From NCBI GenBank assembly GCA_964606385.1, contig CAZSFZ010000002.1, forward strand, positions 107,711-171,710: a stretch of 64,000 bases of DNA, read 5' to 3'. How positions within the stretch are numbered: position 1 is the stretch's first letter; each line of letters starts with the position of its first letter. Shown piece after piece: positions 35,293 through 43,555 of this stretch. Under the pieces are notes generated by a model. The model did no database searches. It was not told where the DNA came from and saw only the letters and a list, made by a program, of their open reading frames with translations. Origin of the DNA: an uncultured bacterium (GTDB lineage Bacteria; Omnitrophota; Omnitrophia; Omnitrophales; Aquincolibacteriaceae). A program made the position numbers and the translations under genes.

Positions 35293-35625
35293 ATGAAAAT
35301 ACCTGAAGACGGCAAGCTTTTAAGGATTTTTATCGGTGAAGCGGACAAATGGGAAGGCCGGCCGCTCTATGAAGCGATCGTGCTCCTGGCCAAAAAAGAA
35401 GGCCTGGCCGGCGCCACGGCCATGAAAGGTTTTATGGGCTTTGGTTGTAAAAGCCATCTGCACACTACCAAGATCCTTCGGCTTTCCGAAGACCTCCCGA
35501 TCGTGATCGAGATCGTAGATAGTGAGGAAAAGATCGCCAAGTTCCTCCCCCTTCTCAATCCGATGGTCAAAGAAGGGCTCATGACGCTTGAGAAGGCGAG
35601 TGTCCTTCTTTACCGCGCGGGATAA
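35293..35625 (+). CDS. DUF190 (PII-like) protein, the usual crcB partner
   Basis: 110 aa; LLRIFIGEADKWEGRPLYEAIVLLAKKEGLAGATAMKGFMGFG fits DUF190; known genomic association with crcB. Confidence 0.7.
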   Translation: MKIPEDGKLLRIFIGEADKWEGRPLYEAIVLLAKKEGLAGATAMKGFMGFGCKSHLHTTKILRLSEDLPIVIEIVDSEEKIAKFLPLLNPMVKEGLMTLEKASVLLYRAG

Positions 35626-35649
35626 GACGCTTATCCCCTCTTTTTTCCC

Positions 35650-36579
35650 ATGATTTTTCCGCACGCAGGAGCTCAAAAGTTTTTTTTGACAGCCGTTTTT
35701 ACAGGATGCCTCGGCACGATTTCGATCCTGCCGCTTTCGGCCGAAACGGGGAAAAGCCCGGTGTTTTATGTCCGTGCTGAAAAACCGGCTCCGGTACTGA
35801 ATACCGCTGATTTCAGTTCCACCTTTGGCGGAAAAGACGGAAAAACCCTGAAGCGCGACGCCCAGGGCCTTGTCCGTGAAGTGGAATTTATCGCGCTGCC
35901 CGGAACGGCCTTCATGGTCGAGGCCTCTTACGCCATGGACGGTTTCCGGATCTACCGGGTCCGCACCGCCGATTACCCTTCACCCCCGGAAGGACTCTTT
36001 GTGGACAGCCGTTTTGTTGCGACGGCTTCCCGCCCTTTTCCGCCTCGGCCCCAAAAAATACCTCCCCGGAAACAGATCCTGGACCGGATGGTAAGCCGCC
36101 AGGGCCTTCCCTATGTTTGGGGAGGCAATATCGCTGAAGGTGTCCCCGAGATTTTAAAGTTCTACCCTCCCGGCGGAAGGCTTTCGCCCGCTATCAAAAA
36201 TATGTGGATGCTCCGCGGGCTGGATTGCTCGGGACTTTTATACGAAGCCTCGGATGGCGCCACTCCGCGCAACACTTCAGACCTCACCCGTTTCGGAAAA
36301 CCCGTTCCGATCGCCGGGCTGGTTCCGTCTCAGATCGCGTCCAAACTTCAGCCTCTGGATCTGATCGTCTGGAAAGGGCATGTCATCATCGTGCTCGACC
36401 GGGAGCGCACGATCGAAAGCTGCATGGGGTGTTCGTCCAAAAGCGGCGTCACCATCAGAAAATTAGATGCCGTGCTCAAAGAGATCATGAAGACCCGTAC
36501 TCCCATGAACACCTATCCTGAAAAAAACGCTCCGGGCGAAAAACCTTTTGTTATCCGCCGCTGGCATCACGGAGCCTAG
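35650..36579 (+). CDS. NlpC/P60 (C40) family cell-wall peptidase, secreted/lipoprotein-like
   Basis: N-terminal signal-like segment; C-terminal catalytic region YVWGGN...LRGLDCSGLLYEA...GHVIIVL (Cys-His pattern). Confidence 0.7.
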   Translation: MIFPHAGAQKFFLTAVFTGCLGTISILPLSAETGKSPVFYVRAEKPAPVLNTADFSSTFGGKDGKTLKRDAQGLVREVEFIALPGTAFMVEASYAMDGFRIYRVRTADYPSPPEGLFVDSRFVATASRPFPPRPQKIPPRKQILDRMVSRQGLPYVWGGNIAEGVPEILKFYPPGGRLSPAIKNMWMLRGLDCSGLLYEASDGATPRNTSDLTRFGKPVPIAGLVPSQIASKLQPLDLIVWKGHVIIVLDRERTIESCMGCSSKSGVTIRKLDAVLKEIMKTRTPMNTYPEKNAPGEKPFVIRRWHHGA

Positions 36580-36660
36580 CATGCCGATTTCTGATTACCT
36601 CTAAGAGGCCCGTTTAGCGTATACTTACACAAACTATTTGGATGTGTTCCAGGGGACAAT

Positions 36661-38322
36661 ATGCTGCTTTTTATTTTTATTTCTGTTTTAGTCCTTTTCT
36701 ATGCCGCCTACCGCTTTTACGGAGCCCGTGTCCTTTCGAGGCTCTTCGGCATCAATGACCAGACCCCGACGCCCTCCCACGCCCAAAGCGACGGGGTGGA
36801 TTATGTCCCCACCAAAAACATCATTTTGTTCGGACATCATTTTTCTTCCATCGCCGGCGCGGGACCGATCGTGGGACCGATCATCGTCGGGGTCGCGTTC
36901 GGCTGGCTTCCCGCCCTGATCTGGATCGTCATCGGGTCTATTTTGATCGGTGGGCCCCATGACATGGGGTCGATTATCGCCTCGGTCAGGCATCAAGGAC
37001 GTTCTATCTCGGAGATCGCGCACCGCTACATTTCACCGCTTTCCTACAAACTCTTTTTGCTTTTCGTGTGGCTCGCGCTTATCTACATCCTGATCGTCTT
37101 CGCGGACCTGACCTCTACCTCTTTTGTCGAGGATGGCGCGACGGCCACTTCTTCATGTTTGTATATCTTTTTGGCCGTCTTGTTCGGCTTGGCTGTCTAT
37201 AAGTTTCGCATGAAAGTTTCTCACGGCTCATGGATCTTCGTGCCCCTTGTTTTTTTGGGAATTTATCTTGGGGTCCAGTTCCCCATGGAAAATGTTCCCG
37301 AGCTTTTTGGTTCCGCAAACCGGTTTTTCAACGTAGCGCTCATGATCTATGTTTTTTTCGCCTCCACATTGCCCGTCTGGCTTCTTCTGCAGCCCCGGGA
37401 TTACCTGAGCTCTTATCTTTTATATTTTTCCGTATTGGCCGGAGTCGTCGGTATCGCCCTGGGGGGATTCAGCGTTTCTTATCCCGCTTTTACTTCCTAT
37501 CGATCGGATTATTTGGGCCCGATGTTTCCGCTCGTCTTCGTGACCATTGCCTGCGGGGCGGTGTCGGGATTTCACGCGCTGGTCGCTTCAGGCACCACTT
37601 CGAAGCAGATCAACAAAGAAAGCGATGCCGTCAAGATCGGCTACGGCGGCATGCTTGTGGAAGGGGTGGTCGCTGTGATCGCCCTCATGACCGTCATGAT
37701 CCTGCTACCATCGCAGGGACTTTCGTCCCGCGACCCCCTTGATATTTACGCCGAAGGCATCGCGAAATTCCTCGCGATCTTCCACCTCCCGCTGCAGTTC
37801 GGGAAAACGTTCGGGCTGATGGCACTCGCGGCTTTCATCCTGACGACCCTCGATACGGCCACGAGGCTCGGCCGCTATGTTTTTCAGGAATTTTTTAACC
37901 TGACGGACGCCAAGCACCGGTGGACGGCTACGGCGGTAACCTTGATCTTTCCGGTCATCGGACTTTTTTCTACCCTAAGGGATCCCTTGTCCGGTAAGGT
38001 GCTTCCCGCCTGGAAAGTGATCTGGCCGCTTTTCGGCACCACCAACCAGCTCCTGGCGGGGCTTGTCTTGCTGGTCCTGTCGGTTTACCTGCTAAAAAAG
38101 CGCAAAAGCGTCCTCTACACCCTGATCCCTTGCATCTTCATGGTGATCATGAGCCTTTGGTCCCTGATGGAATTGATCACCCAATATCAATTTTCCATGA
38201 TCGGGTGGATCGCCATCGCGATCCTTGCCCTGACCATCGTCATTATTTTCGACTCCGTCATCACTATCAGAAACCATCTAAGGACAAAAGAGGCTCAAGC
38301 GTGCCCTTCTCCAGGCGCCTGA
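36661..38322 (+). CDS. cstA: Carbon starvation protein A (CstA family peptide/pyruvate transporter)
   Basis: 553 aa polytopic; N-terminal AAYRFYGARVLSRLFGINDQTPTP...HHFSSIAGAGPIVGPIIVGVAFGWLPALIW characteristic of CstA. Confidence 0.85.
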   Translation: MLLFIFISVLVLFYAAYRFYGARVLSRLFGINDQTPTPSHAQSDGVDYVPTKNIILFGHHFSSIAGAGPIVGPIIVGVAFGWLPALIWIVIGSILIGGPHDMGSIIASVRHQGRSISEIAHRYISPLSYKLFLLFVWLALIYILIVFADLTSTSFVEDGATATSSCLYIFLAVLFGLAVYKFRMKVSHGSWIFVPLVFLGIYLGVQFPMENVPELFGSANRFFNVALMIYVFFASTLPVWLLLQPRDYLSSYLLYFSVLAGVVGIALGGFSVSYPAFTSYRSDYLGPMFPLVFVTIACGAVSGFHALVASGTTSKQINKESDAVKIGYGGMLVEGVVAVIALMTVMILLPSQGLSSRDPLDIYAEGIAKFLAIFHLPLQFGKTFGLMALAAFILTTLDTATRLGRYVFQEFFNLTDAKHRWTATAVTLIFPVIGLFSTLRDPLSGKVLPAWKVIWPLFGTTNQLLAGLVLLVLSVYLLKKRKSVLYTLIPCIFMVIMSLWSLMELITQYQFSMIGWIAIAILALTIVIIFDSVITIRNHLRTKEAQACPSPGA

Positions 38323-38380
38323 GTCTTCTTCTGCGGTCGCGGATCCTGGGCTGCATTTAAAGATCCGGGAGGATAAGCTT

Positions 38381-38409
38381 TTGTCGTCGGGTCATTTCTA
38401 CAGTAGAAT
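38381..38409 (+). promoter_or_regulatory. Candidate promoter TTGTCG-17-TAGAAT for the ferritin-like/ZIP gene pair
   Basis: ttTTGTCGtcgggtcatttctacagTAGAATgg about 65 nt upstream of the start codon. Confidence 0.4.
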
Positions 38410-38476
38410 GGAGGCCTCTCAAGCAGCGGGCCTTTGAAATAGCAGTGGGTTAAAAAGCAAAAAAGGAGAAACAGTC

Positions 38477-38968
38477 ATGGGCACAAAAGGAAAAGAAATC
38501 GTCGGTGTGAACGTGGATGAATTGCTCAAGCTGATGAATAAGGCCTACGCGGATGAATGGCTTGCCTATTACCAGTACTGGGTCGGCGCCAAGGTCGCCG
38601 CGGGCCGGATGCGCGGGATCGTCGCGAAGGAACTCGAAGAGCACGCAGAAGAAGAACTGAAGCACGCCGGCATGCTGGTCGAACGCATGATCCAGCTCGG
38701 CGGAGCGCCGCTCCTCACACCGCAGGACATCCTCAAGGAAACGAATTGCGGGTATGACGCTCCTACGGACCCCTGCACCAAAAAACTCCTGGCGCAGAAT
38801 ATCAAGGGCGAGCAGTGCGCGATCGCGACCTATAAAAAGCTCTTCGACTTTGTGAAGGGCAAAGACCCGATCACGGAAAAGATCATCCTCGAGATCCTGG
38901 AAGATGAAGTGGAACACGAAGAAGATCTTGAGGCGATGCTCGCTGACATGAAGGCGCCGGTCGCTTAA
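38477..38968 (+). CDS. Ferritin-like diiron-carboxylate protein (bacterioferritin/Dps-like)
   Basis: Two ExxH motifs (EEELKHAGM, EDEVEHEED) in a four-helix-bundle-sized 163-aa protein; AAKEL...E pattern. Confidence 0.65.
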   Translation: MGTKGKEIVGVNVDELLKLMNKAYADEWLAYYQYWVGAKVAAGRMRGIVAKELEEHAEEELKHAGMLVERMIQLGGAPLLTPQDILKETNCGYDAPTDPCTKKLLAQNIKGEQCAIATYKKLFDFVKGKDPITEKIILEILEDEVEHEEDLEAMLADMKAPVA

Positions 38969-38983
38969 AAGCATGTAATGCCT

Positions 38984-39017
38984 CGTAGGACAGGTTTAAC
39001 CCTGTCCTACGAGGGAT
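38984..39017 (+). promoter_or_regulatory. Perfect 14-bp inverted repeat CCTCGTAGGACAGG-TTTAAC-CCTGTCCTACGAGG between ferritin-like and ZIP genes
   Basis: Read directly; no U-tract follows; lies in the 63-nt spacer before the ZIP gene start. Confidence 0.55.
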
Positions 39018-39031
39018 CCATCCCATCTTCT

Positions 39032-39847
39032 ATGACCGACTCCCTGACCCAATATCCCGTCATCCTTCAGGCCTTCTTGGCCGGGCTCTTCACCTGGAGC
39101 ATGACCGGTCTCGGCGCAGCGACGATCTTCATTTTTAAAAAAATCAACCAGAAGATCCTTGATGTCATGCTCGGTTTCGCGGCTGGCGTCATGATCGCCG
39201 CGAGTTTTTGGTCGCTCCTTACTCCCTCGATCGAAATGGCCCGTGACCAGGGCATGATCCCGTGGCTTCCGGCGCTTATCGGGTTTCTCCTGGGCGCTGC
39301 GTTCTTCCGCGTGATCGACAAGGTCCTCCCCCACCTTCACCCCCTCATGCCGGACGAAAAGATCGAGGGGATCAAAACCAAATTACCGAAGTGCACCCTG
39401 CTGGTGCTTGCGCTTACGATCCACAATATCCCTGAAGGCCTTGCGGTCGGCGTTGCGTTCGGGTCCACGGGGGCTGCCGCCAATCCCATGCCGATGATGG
39501 CCGCCCTGGCACTCGCAGTCGGGATCGGGATCCAGAATTTTCCGGAGGGACTCGCGGTTTCATTTCCGCTTCACCGGGACGGGTTTTCGAAGGGAAAAAG
39601 TTTTTGGTATGGGTGGCTCTCGGGCGCCGTAGAACCGGTCGCCGCGGTGATCGGCGCGGCGGTCGTGATGATGGTCCAGCCCCTGCTTCCCTACGCGCTC
39701 GCGTTCGCTGCCGGCGCCATGATCTTTGTGGTCGTGGAAGAAGTGATCCCGGAGTCCCAACAGAACGGGAATAGCGACCTCGCGACGACGGGCACCATCC
39801 TCGGCTTCGCTCTCATGATGCTGCTCGACGTCGCTTTCGGGAAATAA
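39032..39847 (+). CDS. zupT: ZIP-family divalent metal transporter (ZupT-like)
   Basis: Start taken at MTDSLTQYPVIL (the ORF track's longer start would translate the hairpin); HNIPEGLAVGVAF and QNFPEGLAVS motifs. Confidence 0.85.
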   Translation: MTDSLTQYPVILQAFLAGLFTWSMTGLGAATIFIFKKINQKILDVMLGFAAGVMIAASFWSLLTPSIEMARDQGMIPWLPALIGFLLGAAFFRVIDKVLPHLHPLMPDEKIEGIKTKLPKCTLLVLALTIHNIPEGLAVGVAFGSTGAAANPMPMMAALALAVGIGIQNFPEGLAVSFPLHRDGFSKGKSFWYGWLSGAVEPVAAVIGAAVVMMVQPLLPYALAFAAGAMIFVVVEEVIPESQQNGNSDLATTGTILGFALMMLLDVAFGK

Positions 39848-39866
39848 CCGTCGGGATGGCTTTTTT

Positions 39867-40499
39867 TTAGATTTTCGACGCAGACGATCGGTCTCCGGCA
39901 AGACGGTCCAGGCCGCGGCGAAGAGACTCACGGAGTGAATAGAGACAGCCGCAATAGCGTTGGCGGTAGATCTGCTGTTCTTTCACGATCTTGTCCATAA
40001 GTGCCTGTCCGCCGCCCGCCCGCCAATCCTGATCCCAATAGATCAATCCTGGAAAAGGCGCCGCCGCCTTCTCTCCGGCGCGGTTGACCTGCGCGAGGTC
40101 CTTCCATCGGGAAATGCCGAGGCTCGTCGCGAAGATCTTGAAGTGATGCCGGGAAGCATATTCCGCCGTTTTTCCGAGCCGCATCTCAAAACAAAGATCG
40201 CAACGCTCTCCCCGCTCGGGATCCTCTTCATGGCCTTTGATCGCTTCAAACCACCGGTCGATCTCATGGTCCGCATCGATAAAAGGGGTTTCTTTTTGAT
40301 GCGCAAAACGGATCACTTCTTGTTTGCGTTTTTCGTATTCCTCGCGGGGATAAATGTTGGGGTTATAAAAAAAGACCGTTAGCTCGATCTTGTTTTCGAT
40401 CAGTCGTTGGATGATCGAACAGGAGCAAGGTGCGCAGCAGCAGTGAAGCAGGACTCTTTTTTCGCTGTTGGGAACTTGGAGATCCAGAAGACCTGTCAT
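39867..40499 (-). CDS. queH: Epoxyqueuosine reductase QueH (DUF208)
   Basis: LLHCCCAPCSCSIIQRL... CCAPC signature plus the conserved YCGCLYS C-terminus. Confidence 0.8.
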   Translation of the reverse strand: MTGLLDLQVPNSEKRVLLHCCCAPCSCSIIQRLIENKIELTVFFYNPNIYPREEYEKRKQEVIRFAHQKETPFIDADHEIDRWFEAIKGHEEDPERGERCDLCFEMRLGKTAEYASRHHFKIFATSLGISRWKDLAQVNRAGEKAAAPFPGLIYWDQDWRAGGGQALMDKIVKEQQIYRQRYCGCLYSLRESLRRGLDRLAGDRSSASKI

Positions 40500-40547
40500 A
40501 AAGCGGCACCTCCAAAATAAAAAATTACAGATCTCGCTTTTAGAAAT

Positions 40548-42947
40548 TTAAGCGTTATCTTCGTCGTCTGATTCAGATTCGACGGGGGTCGCTTCCGCAT
40601 AATCGCCGGCAGGATTCGGGAGGAGGATCTCGCGCGGCTTGGCGCCGTCCTGGGGGCCGATCACGCCGGCGGCCTCCAGCTGATCCACCACGCGGGCCGC
40701 GCGGGAATAACCAAGCCGCAACCGGCGCTGCAGGTAGGAGGTCGAAGCCTGACGCGTCGTCAAAACGATACGCTTGGCCTCTTCAAAGATCTCGTCTTTT
40801 TCCCCCGCGCCGCCCGGCATGGAGGTATTCTGCGCGGCCTGGATCTCGGAGTGATATTCGGGTTTTCCCTGGGTTGCGGCAAACGCCACGATCTTGTTGA
40901 TCTCTTCGTCTTCAATGAGAGGGGCTTGTCCGCGGATCATATTATCGCTCCCGGGCTGGATAAAGAGCATATCGCCACGGCCCAGGAGTTTGTCGGCGCC
41001 TTTGTTGTCGAGAATGGTCCGCGAATCCACGACCGAGGCTACCTTGAACGCGACGCGGGCCGGAAAATTCGCTTTGATGACACCGGTGATGACATCCACG
41101 GAGGGCCGCTGCGTCGCGAGGATCAAATGGATGCCGACCGCGCGGGAAAGCTGGGCCAGACGCGTGATCGCCGTTTCAACCTTGTCCTGCGCCACCAGCA
41201 TCAGGTCCGCGAGTTCGTCGATAATGACCACAATATAAGGAATGGTCGCGGGAACCACGTTGTCCGAATCCCCCGCGGCCTCGACCTGTTTCACTCCTTC
41301 TTCAGAAATTTCGCGGGTGTTGAACCCGACGATATTCCTCACACCCACGGTGGCAAAAAGCCGGTAACGCTTTTCCATTTCCATCACGACCCAATTGAGC
41401 GTGTTGGCCGCCTTACGGACATCGGTCACGACCGGCGAAAGCATATGCGGGATCTTGTTGTAGACCGCAAGCTCCACCATCTTCGGGTCGACCATCACAA
41501 GTTTCAGCTGCGACGGCGTGCAGTGATAGAGAAATCCCGCAATAATGGAATTGATACAAACGGTTTTGCCGCTCCCCGTGGTCCCGGCGATCAGGATGTG
41601 CGGCATGGAAGCCAGGTCCGCGATCATCGGTTTCCCGCCCGTGTCTTTTCCCAGGATCAGGGGAAGCATGCATTTATGCGAACGGAAGTCGGAATTTTCG
41701 ATCATCTCCCGGACCAGGATCGGGCGCGACACGGAATTCGGAACCTCGATCCCGATCGTCTGTTTGCCGGGGATCGGGATGATCATTCGGATGCTGGTCG
41801 CCTTCAAGGCCATGGAGATATCGTTTTCGTAGGTCGCGATCGAGTCGGCGCGCACGCCCGGCGCCGGAAGGAGCTCATAGAGCGTGATCTTAGGCCCCTG
41901 CTCCACTTCGACCACCTTGACCTCGATGCCAAACTCCGCAAGCGTCGCTTCGATCGCCTTGGAATTGGCCGCCAGATCGTCCCCTCCGCCCAAAGCGCCT
42001 TCTTTCGGCCTTTTCAGGAGATCGACCGAGGGGAACTGATAATTTTGATCGGCTTTGATTTGGGATCCGATGACGCCTTTAAAAGAAGCTTCATCCCCGG
42101 ATGCCGGTTCGGCCGGTTTTTCTTTAGAGGCGATTTCGGTCTTGATCACCGGCGCCTGCGGGACCGGTTTTTTGACGGATTCTTTCGGTTCTTCTTTGGA
42201 TTTTTTCTCAGCCTTCGTTTTGTCATCGGTCATGCCGGCCGTCGGCTGGTAGGTTTTGATCTTAAGCGGGATATCCGGGATCCGCGGTGCGGGCTTTTCT
42301 TTCTCTTTTTCCTTTTCGCGCTGCTTCAGCTCTTTCAGCTGACGTTCCTGTTCCTTTTTCAAGGCAGCGGCATTTCCGTTCTTTTTGGATTCGCGGGGGA
42401 ACCGCTCGGCCATGCCTTCAAAAAGAGCCCGGCACTTTTCAACGATCGCCCGAAACAGAGGATAAAGAAGGAAATCCGTAGCCAAAAGAAATGCCAGAAG
42501 AAGCGCGAACCCGGAAACGAAATAGCTCCCGAGCCGTCCGAAGAGGCGTAAAAGATGGTTTCCTGCCAGATACCCGAGGGCTCCTCCGAAGACAAAGCGC
42601 TGTTCCGGGCTTACGGTGATCGTCACGATCGTCGAGATCGAGAAGAGCGCGAGGACAAGCCCGATGAATTTAAAGAGCTTCCGCTCGGGAACTTTTTGAA
42701 GAAAGAAGCACTCCGCCCACAGAAGGAAAACGAACGGGATCACGAACGCGCTGATGCCGAAAACGAGGAAAAGCCCGAACGCGATGTAGGCTCCGAAAAC
42801 CCCCGTATAGTTCGCGACCGGTACCGTCGGTTGTGAGGAATAGAACGGAATGTCTTCGGCGTGGTAGAAGAAGAGGCTCGCGAAGGTAAAAAGCCCCAGC
42901 AGAAGGAAAAAAACACCCCAGATCTCGTTGACTCGTTCTTTTTTCAT
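40548..42947 (-). CDS. ftsK: DNA translocase FtsK
   Basis: 799 aa; N-terminal 4-5 TM, Pro/Lys/Glu-rich linker, motor domain with Walker A GTTGSGKT, C-terminal gamma winged-helix (STSYLQRRLRLGYSRAARVVDQLE). Confidence 0.95.
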   Translation of the reverse strand: MKKERVNEIWGVFFLLLGLFTFASLFFYHAEDIPFYSSQPTVPVANYTGVFGAYIAFGLFLVFGISAFVIPFVFLLWAECFFLQKVPERKLFKFIGLVLALFSISTIVTITVSPEQRFVFGGALGYLAGNHLLRLFGRLGSYFVSGFALLLAFLLATDFLLYPLFRAIVEKCRALFEGMAERFPRESKKNGNAAALKKEQERQLKELKQREKEKEKEKPAPRIPDIPLKIKTYQPTAGMTDDKTKAEKKSKEEPKESVKKPVPQAPVIKTEIASKEKPAEPASGDEASFKGVIGSQIKADQNYQFPSVDLLKRPKEGALGGGDDLAANSKAIEATLAEFGIEVKVVEVEQGPKITLYELLPAPGVRADSIATYENDISMALKATSIRMIIPIPGKQTIGIEVPNSVSRPILVREMIENSDFRSHKCMLPLILGKDTGGKPMIADLASMPHILIAGTTGSGKTVCINSIIAGFLYHCTPSQLKLVMVDPKMVELAVYNKIPHMLSPVVTDVRKAANTLNWVVMEMEKRYRLFATVGVRNIVGFNTREISEEGVKQVEAAGDSDNVVPATIPYIVVIIDELADLMLVAQDKVETAITRLAQLSRAVGIHLILATQRPSVDVITGVIKANFPARVAFKVASVVDSRTILDNKGADKLLGRGDMLFIQPGSDNMIRGQAPLIEDEEINKIVAFAATQGKPEYHSEIQAAQNTSMPGGAGEKDEIFEEAKRIVLTTRQASTSYLQRRLRLGYSRAARVVDQLEAAGVIGPQDGAKPREILLPNPAGDYAEATPVESESDDEDNA

Positions 42948-42953
42948 AATAAC

Positions 42954-43048
42954 TTTAGGGTTTAGGGTATAGCGATAGGGGATAGAAAAACAGCGAAGAA
43001 ATTAAGACGAAGGTGTCCTAAAACCTATACCCTATAAACTATACGCTA
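42954..43048. promoter_or_regulatory. Extended dyad of TATAG / CTATA repeats in the dut-ftsK spacer (candidate operator for ftsK)
   Basis: TTTAGGGTTTAGGGTATAGCGATAGGGGATAG ... CCTAAAACCTATACCCTATAAACTATACGCTAT; right arm is approximately the reverse complement of the left arm. Confidence 0.35.
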
Positions 43049-43498
43049 TTAATGACCGGTATGGCCGAAACCGCCGGCACCCCGGCGTGTTGCTTCAAGA
43101 TTATCGACTATCTCGAGCTTCGCCTTTACCACTTCAGCGAGGACCATTTGGGCGATCCGCATGCCGCGTGTCACGGTAAATGTCTCTTTCGCGAGATTGA
43201 TTAGAATGATCTGGATCTCGCCGCGATAATCAGCATCGATCGTCCCGGGAGTGTTCAAAAGCGTGATGCCGTGCTTGATCGCCAGCCCGCTTCGCGGACG
43301 GATCTGGGCTTCGTAATGCGGCGGAAGCGCGATGATCATGCCGGTGGGAACAAGCGCCCGGTCCCCCGGCTGCAGCGTGATCGGGTCCTGGCAGGCCGCC
43401 AAAAGATCGATGCCGCTTGCACCTTCGGTGTGGTATTGCGGGAGGGGAAGCCCTTCAAAATGCGGCAGTGTTTTAACTTCGATGCGGATTTCTTTCAT
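43049..43498 (-). CDS. dut: dUTP diphosphatase
   Basis: GASGIDLLA...[36 protein letters not shown] dUTPase motifs. Confidence 0.93.
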   Translation of the reverse strand: MKEIRIEVKTLPHFEGLPLPQYHTEGASGIDLLAACQDPITLQPGDRALVPTGMIIALPPHYEAQIRPRSGLAIKHGITLLNTPGTIDADYRGEIQIILINLAKETFTVTRGMRIAQMVLAEVVKAKLEIVDNLEATRRGAGGFGHTGH

Positions 43499-43555
43499 GG
43501 GGGAAATAAAAGAGGAAAGGCGGGGAATCCCCCGCCTTTCCTCCGAATTTATTTT

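Noticed and set aside
42954-42986. Telomere-like TTAGGG tandem repeats
   Set aside because: Only two units and they are part of the larger TATAG/CTATA dyad in a promoter region; not a tandem repeat array.
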